A stretch of DNA of 64,000 nucleotides, from NCBI GenBank assembly GCA_951406725.2, contig OX597827.1, positions 20,708,001-20,772,000 of the forward strand, in the 5' to 3' direction. Each line of letters opens with the position of its first letter. The stretch's first letter is position 1. The position numbers and the translations under genes were made by a program. Below, one piece after another: positions 12,989 to 27,278 of this stretch. The notes under the pieces are model-generated. The model did not search any database. It saw only the letters and a list, made by a program, of their open reading frames with translations, and had not been told where the DNA came from. Source of the DNA: Octopus vulgaris (Eukaryota).

Positions 12989-13429
12989 CATACATTATAT
13001 ATATATATATATATATATAAATACTCACATACACACACTTATGAATGCAGAGAGAAAGAGACAGAGAAAAAAAGAAAAGAAGATAAAGAAAGAAAGTATT
13101 TTGAGAGAAGGGAAGAGGGAGCAAATGAAAGTAAAGGAAGTATAAATAGAGAGGGGAAGAGTTATTGAGGAATGGAAAATACAGTGAGAAAGAGAGGGTG
13201 GAGGTGTGAGGAGTTTCAGTCTTTTGGTTGTGACCAGGCTGGAGCAGCAGTGCAGCTTCAGAGGAGAGCAGAGAGAGACAGCAGGGGAGGGAACATGATA
13301 ATGTTACTGATTAGTGTTAGGAAGTAGAGGCCTGGGAATGGAAGTCTGGATTTGTTGCTGTTTAGGTATAACGAAATACAAAAATATCAGCACCAGAGCA
13401 TTGCATGTAAAACAATGCCTTGTTCTGTG

Positions 13430-14163
<734 letters not shown>

Positions 14164-14801
14164 TATATATGTAATTTTTTCAACTAATGGGTACATGTCA
14201 ACAAGTGTGTTGAGTAAGTGTGTTCACAGTTTAGCCTGCCTGGTGCCATCCACGGTTGGGGTATATAACCAAGATGCGGCAGGCATGAACAGTGTGCCTA
14301 TGACATCTCAGTATATCTAGCAGGACATCCCCTTTATTATTAAGCATGTACTTGATGAGACAAAAGCTGCTCAGATTGATGCACCTTAATTAGATGCACA
14401 AAAACATCCTACGCATAATGGACAGTTTCAGGATGAGTTGAAATGATTGTCATACTGAATAAAGACTAGGGCCAAATCTGTCTTCTGTTTCCTTCATCAA
14501 ATTATTATATACATGTATGCATACATGAGATGAGCTTAGCAGTGGTGGTATCAGGAAAAAGCATGGAATACATTCTGTAAAGTGGTTAGCATTAGGAGAG
14601 GCATCCAGCTGTAGAGACCATGCCAAGACTGTGACACTGGAGCAGGATGCAGTCATCCAACATGTCAGATCTTGTAAAACCACTCAATCCATTCTAGTAC
14701 GAAAAACATATAAAATTTTGATGATGATGATGAATACAACTTCCCCTTTATACAATATTTAGTATGTGTGTGTGTGTACATATATATGTATATATATATA
14801 T

Positions 14802-15026
14802 ATATCGTTATATTTCGGAATGGTCATATTGCCAGTTTAGCCAATAAAAACACACGCACTATATATTTGGTGTTATTTTGCTTCAGTGATATTTATTTTT
14901 TACATTAATCTTAATCTTATTAATGTAAAAAATAAATATCACTGAAGCAAAATAACACCAAATATATAGTGCGTGTGTTTTTATTGGCTAAACTGGCAAT
15001 ATGACCATTCCGAAATATAACGATAT
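14802..15026. repeat. Perfect inverted repeat, 108-bp arms with 9-nt loop
   Basis: 14802-14909 is the exact reverse complement of 14919-15026; the loop is CTTAATCTT. Confidence 0.95.
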
Positions 15027-15138
15027 CTGTTTCAACACACGACTTCACATAAAAAATCTTGCACAACAAATATTTAAACGTATATATGTTTGTTTTCCAC
15101 CTGCCTTCGTCTTTTGTCTATTTTCATAAAGCTTCCCG

Positions 15139-15189
<51 letters not shown>

Positions 15190-15192
<3 letters not shown>

Positions 15193-15969
15193 GTGTGAAA
15201 AAGTGCCAATCCCTAGCGGTTGAGGGAACCCGTGGAAGAGGTAGACCCAGGAAAACCTGGGACGAGGTGGTGAAGCACGACCTTCGAACATTAGGCTTCA
15301 CCGAGGCAATGACTAGTGACCGAGACCTTTGGAAATATGCTGTGCATGAGAAGACCCAGCAGGACAAGTGAGTCCATCCCGTGTCCTTTGCCAGGGATGT
15401 AGCCAGGCCACTTATGCATGCCTTTCCTTCCTTGGACACGCGAAGACCTGTTGAGGCAAGTGAAGTCGAAATTAAATTCGAAATCGAACCTCATCCGATG
15501 ACTGGCACCCATGCCAACCTCCCTTCATTGAACACTAAACTCTGCTTGTGAAGACCTGTTGAGGCAAGTGAAATTGGAATCGAAATTGAACCAATCCTAT
15601 GACTGGCACCCGGTAGTTGCCAGTGCCGCTGGATTGACTCCTGTGCAGGTGGCAAGTAAAGAAACACCGTTTCGAGCCTGTGCTTGAGGAGACCTATTGA
15701 GTCAAGTACATCAGCATCAAATTCAATGGAAATTGTAGTTGTGATCCCTGTGCCGGTGGCATGTAAAAACCACAAATCCGATCATGGCCATTGCCAGCCT
15801 TGCCTGGCACATAAAAAGCTCCCACTACACTTACGGAGTGGTTGGCGTTAGGAGGGGCATCCAGCTGTAGAAACACTGCCAGATCAGACTGGAGTCTGGT
15901 GCAGCCATCTGGTTCACCAGTCCTCAGTCAAATCGTCCAACTAATGCTAGCATGGAAAGTGGACATTAA

Positions 15970-16002
<33 letters not shown>
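15190..16002 (+). mobile_element. RTE LINE 3' end (sister subfamily)
   Basis: CVKKCQSLAVEGTRGRGRPRKTWDEVVKHDLRTLG...QDK* nearly identical to 9243-9421, followed by a variant 3' UTR and (GAT)n. Confidence 0.92.
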
Positions 16003-16003
<1 letters not shown>

Positions 16004-17165
16004 CATATACATACACATACACATGAAGGCTGAATTAAAAGTAATGGAGAATACTTAAGCATAATGTTAAAACTATAAACTTATATATAATGGTTTGTGA
16101 TGTAAGCACAAGACCAGAGGGATTTGTTAATACCATGGGCCCCAATACCTTACTGGTACTTTATTTTATCAACTCTGGATAGAGGAAAGGCAAGGTTGAC
16201 CTCAGCAGGATTTACACTCAGAGTCAGCAGAAATAGCAGAAAGCATTTTCCCAGCACTTTGATCATTCTGCCCATTTGCCATCTTCATCATACATAACAC
16301 GTGGATGGCAACAGATAATGAAAAGCCTATAAAGAAATGTGACCATTGAATGCCAACCATTTGATAGCAACAGAAAAGAAATGAATGTATGTAAGCATGC
16401 AAACAGTTGTTCAAATGGAGCAGTTTGTAATTGGATTGGATTTAAAGATATCTTGGAGAGAGAAGATATAAATGAGGAAAGGAAAAGAAATTATAAGCCA
16501 AATAATTGATAAGATTATGTTTGCAAAGTCGCCAAGCTTATGAAATATTATATACACATGCATACTACATGTGCACATACATGCTGGCATATGTTTATGT
16601 GTGTTTATATATATATATATATATATATATATGGGAGAGAGAGAGAGAGAAAAAGAGATTAAGTTAAAAGGTTTTCATTAAAGCAATCATGATGTGTGTA
16701 AGTGTATTTTGTGCATCTAAATGCATAGATAAAGTATGAGTGTATTTATGAAGAAGCCCTGCATCTATGAAAGTGTGTGTTTGTGTGTCTGTAGGGTGTG
16801 TGTGATTTATGTAAATATGCAAAGATTTATGCATCAAAATCTCCATTGATATTGGATAGATTAAACATGAAAATATAATATGGGCTAGGAAAAACATTAA
16901 GTACAGCAGAAAATTGCTTGAGAGGGGAGAGAGAGGTAAAAATGGCAGGGGAGGGGTATCGAAAGAAATAACAACAAAAGGTGGGTAGAGAAAATGACAG
17001 CAGCAACAAGGGTCAAGGGAGAGTTTGCTGAGAAAGAGGGATGCAGGCAGTAAGACCACAGGGAGACAGACGGGTGGCTCTTTAGATACATGGAAATAGA
17101 CAATTATATAAAGCAGCTGAAACACACACACACACATGCACGCATTTAATTACAGACATAGATGC

Positions 17166-17201
<36 letters not shown>

Positions 17202-17211
17202 TATATATAAG

Positions 17212-17648
17212 ATGCTGGTGTCACATAATTGGTACCTGTGCTGGTGGCACGTAAAAACACCTTTCATGTGTTAGGCCTCACAGAGGCAAGGTGGCTGATA
17301 CCGATGGCACATGAGAAGCACCTTTCGAGTGTTGGGTCTCACAGAAGTAATGACTGAGACCTTTGGTATTATGTCATGCTTGAGAAGAAGACCCATCAAG
17401 CCAAGTAAAATTGCAGTTGTGACAGATACTGGTGTCATGCAAATGGCACCCATGCTGGTGGCATGTAAAAGCACCCATTACACTCTTGGAGTGGTGGGTG
17501 TTAGGAAGGGCATCCAGCTGTAGAAACCCTGCCAAATCAGACTGGAGTCTGGTGCAGCCTTCCAGCTTGCCAGCCCTGGTCAAACCATCCAACCCATGCC
17601 AGCATGGACAACAGACACTAAATGAAGATGATGATGATGATGATGATA
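17212..17648 (+). mobile_element. RTE LINE 3' fragment
   Basis: GTGGCACGTAAAA units, TTAGGAAGGGCATCCAGCTGTAGAAAC and a (GAT)n tail. Confidence 0.85.
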
Positions 17649-18114
17649 TATTGTCAGTAATTCACATATCTAAAACAGAAGCACATTTAAAAGCGTTAGA
17701 GAGTAATGTCATAAACGAGCCATTTGAGGCTAACCAGTCACCTAATGAGGGCTAAGCATTTTATAGCTGCAAAACCAATGGTCACTCTATGACTAGCCAT
17801 AACTTTGAACTTCCTAAAAAATTAAGATTTCAAAATAACTCATATCTTATCCATCTGCTACTCACTTTTTATGCTCTTGCAAATACAGTTGTCCAGTCAT
17901 ACTGACCAATCCCGATTCTCTTTTCTATTCAACTTCTTGAACTCTGAGACTATGTCCTTACATCTCATTACCATCATCTTTTCTCTTTCTCTCTTTCCAA
18001 CTGGGAGAGGCAAGTATATCTTCTACAGCAAGATACCTGTGCTCGTTTCTCTACTTTACCTTAAACTCTTATCACCCCTCTCATCACCTCCTCTTAACAC
18101 TACAACCCCATGGA

Positions 18115-18566
18115 AATGAGAAGTCTTGCAAGCTGCTTGGTCACACCACTGATGCTGGCAGCACAACCTCCACCCCGCCCAGTACACCTTGTAAAGTGGT
18201 TGGCATTAGGAAGGGCATCCATCCATAGAAACTATGCAGAAGCAGACATTGGAGGTGGACACAGCTCACCAGATCCTGTCAAACCATCCAACTCCATTCC
18301 AGCATGGAAGATGGACATTAAATGATGGCGATATGTGTGTTGGTGTCTACTTGTCTTCGCACTACTTGATAATTGTAAATGAGTGCCACTGTTGTTCAAG
18401 GACTTTCAATATTCCGAAAAACATGTTAGGCCTTGGGAAAATATTACCTTACTTGGAACAAAGTGAGAGTTGACAGCAGGAAGGATGTCCGGCCATGAAA
18501 TGTGTCTCACCACATTCTACCTGACTCATGTTAGCATGAAAAAGGAGAAGTTTAAACGATGACGAT
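18115..18566 (+). mobile_element. Old RTE tail followed by a SINE type E 3' half
   Basis: Two successive GCATGGAA...TTAAAYGATG tails. 18335-18566 resembles 45960-46250. Confidence 0.6.
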
Positions 18567-18804
18567 GTGTGTGTATGGGTGGGGGTGGTGGTGGTGGTGG
18601 GGGAGAACAAGAGTTTGCTTGATATGTATTGACAAACTAAAAGACAGACATATAAACCAGACAAAAGAAACAGAATGAAAGAGAAAGAGAGGGGAGAGGG
18701 ATGTGGATAGATTCAAAAGAGAAAAACCAAACAAGAAAAGTCAACTGTTTCTTGTTTTGACCATCAGAGCCATGATTCTGCAACAATTTTATTTCAAAAT
18801 AAAT

Positions 18805-19187
18805 ATCAAATGGAAATTGTAGCTGTGATACCTGTGCCTGTGGCACGTAAAAAGCACCATCTGAACGTGGCCGATGCCAGTGCCTCCTTGACTGGCTTCT
18901 GTGCTGGTGGCACGTAAAAAGCACCAACCAATCATGGCCACTGCCAGCCTCCCCTGGCACCTGTGCTGGCGGCACGTAAAACGCACCCACTACACTCTCA
19001 GAGTGGTTGGCATTAGGAAGGGCATCCAGCTGTAGAAACACTGCCAGACCAGACTGGAGCCTGGTGCAGCCATCTGGTTCCCAGACCCCGGTCGAACTGT
19101 CCAACCCATGCTAGCATGGAAAACGGACGTTAAACGATGATGATGGTGATGATGATGATGATGGTGATGGTTATGATGATGATGATG
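18805..19187 (+). mobile_element. RTE LINE 3' UTR fragment
   Basis: Three GTGGCACGTAAAAAGCACC-type units, conserved terminal 170 bp and (GAT)n tail. Confidence 0.9.
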
Positions 19188-19774
19188 AAATAATAATATT
19201 TTGTTATAATTCGTATTTAAAAATATATTTTATAAAAGTCCAACCCTTGCCAACACGGAAAACAGATGTTAAGTAGATGATGATGATTTATACAATTTAA
19301 TCTATAAATATAATTTTAACTAAACACACACACAAAAAAAAAAAACTCAGAAAAACAAACACTGAATTACTTTTTCACTCAATAATGGAAATATATTTAT
19401 CAATTATTTCAGTTTACATTTTCCAGTTTTTAAATCTAAAATTATGTTTTGCGGCAGACCTAACTGCATCTTGAGGTGCACCAACATACCACGAGGATGC
19501 ACTTTTTAGAAACCAGTGTCTTATGGAATAAAATAAGATAAATCAACAACACCAATTGCATCAAAGTACACTTAGTAATCTGTAAACAGGATCTTTAAGT
19601 ACTAATGAAGTACTGAGATCATTGCATTCATTTATATATGGTGAGGGAGGAGAGAGTTCTGGAGAAAGTTGACAATGTTTGTGCCTGGTTTGAAAGCAGA
19701 AAGGTGGCACTAAATAAAGGTTTGACACTCAGCCATTTCCAGCCATTTTGTTGCTTTAATAATATGTAGACTAT

Positions 19775-19980
19775 TTTACTCTTTTACTTGTTTCAGTCAT
19801 ATGACTGCGGCCATGCTGGAGCACCACCTTTAGTCGAGATAATCAACCCCCGGGACTTATTCTTTGTAAGCCTAGTACTTACTCTATCGGTCTCTTTTGC
19901 CGAACCGCTAAGTTACGGGGACATAAACACACCAGCATTGGTTGTCAAACGATGTTGGGGGGACAAACACAGACACACAA

Positions 19981-20031
<51 letters not shown>

Positions 20032-20202
20032 ATTATACAACGGGCTTCTTACAGTTTCCATCTACCAGATCCACTCACAAGGCTTTGGTCAGCCCGAGGC
20101 TATAGTAGAAGACACTTGCCCAAGGTGCCATGCAGTGGGACTGAACCCAGAACCATGTGGTTGGTAAGCAAGCTACTTACCACACAGCCACTCCTGCGCC
20201 TA
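19775..20202 (-). mobile_element. Full-length SINE type A (tRNA head, CORE-like box, internal microsatellite)
   Basis: Head GGCGCAGGAGTGGCTGTGTGGTAAG...GGTTCAGTCCC, CCTTGGGCAAGT box, internal (TA)(TG), GTAAAAGA tail. Likely TSD TAGACTAT. Confidence 0.92.
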
Positions 20203-20221
20203 TAGACTATAAACGATAATA

Positions 20222-20435
20222 ATTCTTTCTAATTTTAGCCCAAGGCTAGCAATTTTGAGGGGTGGGGGCAAGTCACTTACATCAACCCTGTCCCCCTGTA
20301 TTTGACTGGTATTTTATTTTATCAACCCAGAAAGGATGAAAGGCAAAGGTGACTTCAGTGGGATTTGAGTTTAGGACACAAAAAGCCAGAGTAAATGCTA
20401 TTGAGGACTTTGTCCAATGGGTTAACGATTCTACT
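20222..20435 (-). mobile_element. SINE type C-related copy with alternative tail
   Basis: Central GAAAGGATGAAAGGCAAAG block. Tail like 63725-63935 rather than 11480. Confidence 0.65.
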
Positions 20436-21699
20436 TTCGTGTGTTGGATGTGTAGCTTTTTAATCAATATTTTAACACACAAACAATAAAGTCTGTTCTT
20501 ATTTATATTGGCTCTATCACCACCACCACCACCACCACCACCATTATCATTGTTATCATCATCATCACTACTATCCTCATTGTCATAATACAAGCATGTG
20601 TGTGTGTGTGTGGTTATCATCATCATCTTCCTATTATTGTATGTCTGCTTTTCCATGCTGGCATGGATTAGATGGATAATCACAATCCTGTCAGTGCTGC
20701 CTTCCTACAGGGGTCAGAGGACCAAGTCTCATTCAGTCATCTCAGTTTTAGCAATGTTCTTATGACCAGATGCTCTTCCGGACAACAAATCCCTCCACAG
20801 AGTGCATTCTATCATGCATTCTATCATGGCACCAGTGCTAAAGAGATTGACACGTCCTCAACATGACTGAAGTAAAGAGCCCTCTTGACCCTTGTTCTAC
20901 AACCATATTTACAAAGTGTAACAGGGGCATTTAGTTGTATTAAAACCCCTCACGCACATTTCTACATTTTTCACCAATGCCAGTTAGTAAAGGGTACACA
21001 CAATAGCAAGAAAAAAAAAAAGAAGAAACAGACACTTTAAGAATGAAGTCCCTTGAAAATCACTGAATCACAGACATTTCCTTGTTATTGTTGTCATCGA
21101 AGAACTACAGGGGACCAATGTTCGGTCTGCTACAAATGACAATATTGCCGAGAAATTGTGATAGGGAATAATGATTCAAGTAGGACAAAAAGATTTCAGA
21201 AAATGCCAAGATAATCCTGTTGTGAGATGTTGGTTTACGTAGAAAAATAAATGCAGAAAAATTGAACATATTCTCAGACAAACCATTGTTCTTCTGATAT
21301 TTGAAGACCAGCAGATAAATACCATCTCTCTCTCTCTCTCTTTTAAAAATCTAGAAAGAAATGGTCTAAATCTAAAGACTTGAAAATTGAGCTATATGGA
21401 ATGAGGAAGCTTGAAAGCATCAATAATGACACTGATATATGAGTGGTGTGTGTGTGTTTATGTATATATATACAGAGAGAGAGAGAGATGGGGAACAGAA
21501 AGATGGGGAGAGTGAGAAAGATAAGTATATATATGGAGTAATTCTATGTGTGATTGAAATGCTAATAACAAAATATATAAAAAGAGAAAAATAAAATAGA
21601 AGATTGCGCACAAAAACAAAAGCATTGATAAAACAGCACTCATAGATATTGCACACATCTTGATATTACTGACAAAAGTAAAAAAAAAAAGCCGCAACA

Positions 21700-23900
21700 G
21701 AGAAAAGCGATGTCGGCCAGCATTAAATGCAATTTGTTTCTGTTCAGTAGAAGTAATTCTATAAAGGAAAAAAAAAAAGAATTTTAAAATTAAAGGTTAA
21801 TAAATATGTAAAACTACTTTGAAAGCAGGAAAATTTAGAAATATATAATGTGTGATTAGTGAAAAACCTGAAATCCAAGATTTCAAACAAGGATTGGCTT
21901 TTGAAATATCTTGGAATAAATAAACATCAGAGAATGCAACAGTTAAAAGGGGGGAAATCAGGAGAGAAAGAGATTAAAATCAATAGTTGTAACAGAATTG
22001 AACACAAAAGAACCAATAGATTGTTAATACATTAACAGGACAAAGTTATCAATTATAGTTTTAATGGAACGAGGTGGATTAGGAGATTAGAAAAAAATTT
22101 AATGGAAGCAGTTAAAGACTTCAACCAACGGTAAATGTTTGGTGGGGGTGGGGTGAGAGCCCCTTACATGGTCATTGAACTAGCTTAAAAAATAACAGCC
22201 AAATCTCCCTCAAATCACACCTTATTTTCTTAAAAACGAAGCGGGGGTGGGGCATTAGATAATGTTTAAGCAGAGCTGACCTGGAACTAAACAACAACAT
22301 AAGTGAAGTTGACAAATATGCCTTTCTTTCAGGCACAGTGTATCTAGGTGTATAAAGACGAGGAGTAACGAGGGAGAGTTGGATACTATTTTTAGCATAA
22401 CCACTAACTACAAAAAGGATCCCTCATTGTCTACGATGGACTTTTACATCATGGAAATTACTATAAAATTCTCTCCCCACTTCCCCAATTATTTAATTAA
22501 ATACCAAGTAGAAAAACAGGAGTTGATTAATTAAAAACAATAATTAAGAAACACAAGTAATAAGAGATTCTACTGTTATGTTGTGTGAGCGGAGACAAGC
22601 AGGAGGAGGAGGAGGCGGCGGAAAATGTGTGGAATGGAAATAATAAATTAGAATACTGTGTGAAAAATAATAAATATTCATAAAGTAAAACACTGCATAA
22701 ATTATTGTTGTCTCTGGGTTCGGAAAGCATATAATATGAATCTGACAAGAGTTGAAAGTGAAGGGTTTTAAGTGACAGCTACCACTTAGCAGGAATTAGT
22801 TAAAGAATCTCATAAACTGCAGTAATTGACTGTGGAGAAGAGAAAGGAATATTGAATTCCAGTCTCAAAGATTGTTCAGTGTAAGCAAAAATTGAATATA
22901 TAATCAGAGTTCTCTTTTATCTTTTACTTTTCTTTTACTTGTTTCAGTCATGTGACTGTGGCCATGCTGGAGCACCGCCTTTAGTCGAGCAAACCGAACC
23001 CAGGACTTATTCTTTGGAAGCCTAGTACTTATTCTATCGGTCTCTTTTGCCGAACCACTAAGTTACGCGGACGTAAACACACCAGCATCGGTTGTCTAGC
23101 AATGCTAGGGGGACAAACACAGACACACAAACATACACGCACACATATACATATATATACATATATACGACGGGCTTCTTCCAGTTTCCGTCTACCAAAT
23201 CTACACACAAGGCTTTGGTCGACCCGAGGCTATAGTAGAAGACACTTGCCCAAGGTGCCACGCAGTGGGACTGAACCTGGAACCATGTGGTTCGTAAACA
23301 AGCTACTTACCACACAGCCACTCCTACACCTATAGAGTTGGTAACTATGTATTGTAGAAACTTTGTCAGTTTTACAGAATTGGAACAGAAAATATCCCCC
23401 ACCATACACATAAGAAATAATGTCTGAAAAAGACAGAGCAACCAGAAGACATGTCTCAAACCTAGTGACATAGGAAATAGGGCAGAAGAAGAGATTTTAA
23501 AAATGCCTATTTACAAATGTTTCGATTTGATTTGATAAAAATATTTCTCTGAAAGAATTAGAGGAACTTCCTTAATATAAAATGTATCAGTGTCGTAGCA
23601 TGGCCTGTTCAATAGAGTAAACACCTTTAAATTCTAAGTCCTAGAACATGTCTGTAATAGAGACAAGGCAGCCACGGCTGAGAAATATCAATGAAAAGGG
23701 TTCAGCTGAAACATCATGTGACACACAGTTATGACTGTTTCTCTGATGTTGAATCTGTAAATGATTACGAATAATAATAATAATGAAATTATTGTATACA
23801 GTGCTCAGGTGCACCACAACAAATGGTTGCAACTGTATTCTCCCAAACATATGAGGAACAAGCTGGAGTCAGTTGTCTCAAAAATAATTGAGGTAAATTA
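21700..23900 (+). pseudogene. Highly decayed R4/Dong-like (RLE) non-LTR retrotransposon
   Basis: Fragmentary collinear motifs by eye: KYLGIN (~21903), TELN.KN and INYSF (~21990-22060), ESEGF (~22754), RVGNYVL*KLCQFY across the SINE at 22912-23332, KNISLKELEEL (~23538). Confidence 0.5.
22912..23332 (-). mobile_element. Full-length SINE type A
   Basis: Highly similar to 19775-20202. Possible TSD AGAGTT. Confidence 0.92.
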
Positions 23901-23913
23901 CCCTGGGACACCT

Positions 23914-24138
23914 ATTTCTTTACTACCCACAAGGGGCTAAACACAGAGGAGACAAACAAGGATAGACAGACGGATTAAGTTGATTATATCGACCCCAGTG
24001 CATAACTGGTACTTATTTAATTGACCCTGAAAGAATGAAAGGCAAAGTCTACCTTGGCGGAACTCAGAACGCAGCGGCAGACGAAATACCGCTAAGCATT
24101 TCGCCCGGTGTGCTGACGTTTCTGCCGGCTTGCCACCT
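23914..24138 (-). mobile_element. SINE type C with TSD
   Basis: Similar to 11480-11709. Flanked by TTACCCTGGGACACCT and TTACCCTGAGACACCT. Confidence 0.9.
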
Positions 24139-24597
24139 TTACCCTGAGACACCTGCTGCATGAAATCTTAACAGTAAACTGGGCACTAACATATTTGATG
24201 TAGATAGCTGCAAACTTTTATTATAACTATGTTCTTTGTGATCCTTATTTTTATCCTTTTTATGCTTTCAGTTGTTAGGATGTGACCATGCTGGAGCCTC
24301 TCCTTCAGTAGTTTTTAATCAATCCTAATGACTGATATAATCACCTTCATAGTGTATATAATATATAAAGCACTATACATCATGTTTGGTTGACAATATT
24401 CATGTTTGAATGAGTGTATATATTTGAACAAGACTATATTTCCTGTTAGGACGTGTGCATTTATCATGCTTGAACTAGTGCATGTGTGTGTATATATATA
24501 TACATATAAAATACACTGCTTTATTTTGAGATTGCTAGTGTTAACAATACTCGCAAATAAAATACAGACTGGAGTTGTAGTGCCCCAAGTGAGTTAT

Positions 24598-25207
24598 ATT
24601 CCGCTTAATAATTTCAATGGAGGCAATACAAGCAGGAACTAGAGGAACATAATTAATAACCACACTCAAAATCAAATATATACTTATATTCTTCTACATT
24701 TATAAAACGGATATAAAAATCCCAAATATATAAATATAAAAATACTTATAAATAGATAAATATCGATATGATACATAAAACACAGTGAATTTTAGATTTA
24801 AAAGTTATAATACTTTGGTGTAATAAAAATTTGAGATGATAAAGCATTAAAAGGGCGTACTGAAATACCACGAAAATATTGCAAAAATTTTAAAATTCCA
24901 TCTACGGGCTGTTTCAGAGACGTGCCAAGTAATATGATGTATTTCATATTTTGAAAACTGACAGTCCCCTCATCAGGATGTTTTCACACAATACAGGAAA
25001 AACAAATACAGAAATACAATTATACAATTTCATACCAGCCAGCCGATATTTATTTATATGTATTTTTAGATTTATATATTTGGAATTTTTATGTTCATTT
25101 TATAAATGTAGAAGAATATATGTATATATTTGATTTTGAGTGTGGTTATTAATTATGTTCCTCTAGTTTCCACTTGCATTGCCTCCACTGAGATTATTGA
25201 GCGGTAT
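24598..25207. mobile_element. Foldback element (~170-bp imperfect inverted arms), probable Penelope-like pLTR remnant
   Basis: 24598-24768 is the diverged reverse complement of about 25044-25207. The spacer contains a hammerhead motif. Confidence 0.65.
24899..24980 (-). ncRNA. Minimal type I hammerhead ribozyme motif
   Basis: CAUC-CUGAUGA-GGGGACUGUCA...UGGCACGUCUCU-GAAA-CAGCCC-GUA-GAUG. Intact core, 4-bp stem I, ~11-bp stem II. Confidence 0.7.
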
Positions 25208-25552
25208 CATCATCATCATCATTTAGCATCCGGTTTCCATGCTAGCATGGGTTGGACGGTTGAACTGGGGTCTGGGAAGCCAGAAGGCTGCACCAGGCCC
25301 AGTCTAATCTGGCAATGTTTCTACGGCTGGATGCCCTTCCTAACGCCAACCACTCCGTGAGTGTAGTGGGTGCTTTTTACGTGCCAGACGAGGCTGACAA
25401 ATGGCAATGATCGGATGGTGCTTTTTACATGCCACCGGCACGGAGGCCCATCAGAGCGGAGTTGGCACCGGCCACGTTCGGAATTTGATTCGCTTACGTG
25501 CCACCGGCACTGGTATCACAGCTACAATTTCCATTGATGTTGATCGATTTCA
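25208..25552 (-). mobile_element. RTE LINE 3' UTR fragment
   Basis: (CAT)n start, close match to the reverse complement of 9650-10030. Confidence 0.9.
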
Positions 25553-25583
<31 letters not shown>

Positions 25584-26327
25584 ATGTTTGAACAAGTGTA
25601 TATCATGCTTGAATGAGTGTGTATAATGAGATATAACTGAAAATAACAAGGAATGGCATTAGAACTGCATCACGGCTATATCTTTTTCAGAACATTTATG
25701 GTATAAAGGTAGAGATGAGTATAGAGAGAGACATTATACAAATCTGTCAGTAGCTGTCCCTTACAGTCAACCAACCATGAATATACCACTGTGGTATATG
25801 GAAAGGAAATGAAAGTGGATATGACGAACGCTCTCAGTTAAACTTGAAACATGATTATATAAAATAAACAGTGTGTGTTTAATCAAGAGTATACTGTGTT
25901 TGTTAATAGTGTAGGAAATAGAAAATCGATAAAACTAGTGTTTGAATGCAGTACACCTTGAACATGGGACTGACACCCATTTAGTTCTATGATTAATCAG
26001 ACAAATTTAGTACAGTTGAACCATTAGTTCCTCACAAGAACCTCACAGACTCAATAACCAAAGGTGGAACAAATGGCTAAAGCAGTTGATTTTGAGAACA
26101 GATCAACATAGAGAGGCTAGAATTTACAGTTTGGACTCAATAGCACCAACAGACCATATACATGCAGGGTTAGAGACACTGACTGGCGTGCATTTAAATA
26201 TATATACACTTACTGGATAAGAGTTTGTTTATATACACACTGGCTGGCATGTGTTTATATATACACACTGACTGGAACAGGTTGATTACCATGCCTTGCT
26301 ATGATTACTAATAGTTGTTGAGGTATC

Positions 26328-26765
26328 TTTTACCTGTTTCAGTCATTAGACTGTGGCCATACTGGAGCACCACCTGGAAGAACTCTTTGGTTGAATGAAT
26401 CAACCCCAGGGCCTATTCTACTTTTTTAGCCTGATACTTATTTTCTCAGGGATGTAAACAAACCAACACTAGCTGTCAAGTGCTGGTGGGACACACACAC
26501 ACAAACATGCACACACACACATACACACAAACGCATACACATGCATACACAAACATGCACACACACATGTATACAAACATGCATGCGCACACACACACAC
26601 ACACACATGATGGGCTTCTTTCAGTTTCTGCCAACCAAATCCATTCGCATGGTGGTCGTTGGTTTCAGCTTATAGAAGACACTTGCCCAAGCTGTCACCC
26701 AGTGGGATTGAACACAAAACCACGCCGTTGGGAAGCAAACTGCTTAAACCCACAGCCATGCCTTT
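26328..26765 (-). mobile_element. Older SINE type A
   Basis: Same head, internal (CA)n and tail order as 19775, more diverged. Confidence 0.8.
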
Positions 26766-27236
26766 ACCAACTGGTATTGAATTATATTTGAAATATGGGA
26801 AATAGAGTAAAGAAAGAAAAAGGTTGTATTATAGTATGTGTGTGTGTGTGCATGTGCACGCATATGCATGTGCACACATATGCACACACCACACACATTC
26901 ATGCATGCCTCTCATTTTGTTGTGCATATGGGGGGTGGGGCAGTTGGTGCATAAGGGAGTGATGGGTTTCCCAATTTGGAGAAACCCGTGGAAGGCTAAA
27001 ACCAAAGAAGTCTTGGAACAAAGTTGTGAAGACTAACCTCAAAATGTTGCATTTTATGGTGAAGATGATAAAAGACTGATTGAAGAACCAACCCCTTATG
27101 GCAAAATGTACTTTGATATAAGGGTGGTATTTAGAGGTAATGATATTTTTGTACCCTACTCACCCTTCAACTTGTTTCCTTGATCCTCCCTACCTCTCAT
27201 CTACTCCCCTCTTCTCTTTCACCCACTGTACATGTG

Positions 27237-27278
<42 letters not shown>

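Noticed and set aside
14188-14424. TGTC...GACA segment with small internal hairpins, possible solo LTR
   Set aside because: No TSD and only a 4-bp terminal match.
25585-25965. Possible LTR ending TTGAACA-TGG
   Set aside because: No matching 5' terminus or TSD could be identified.
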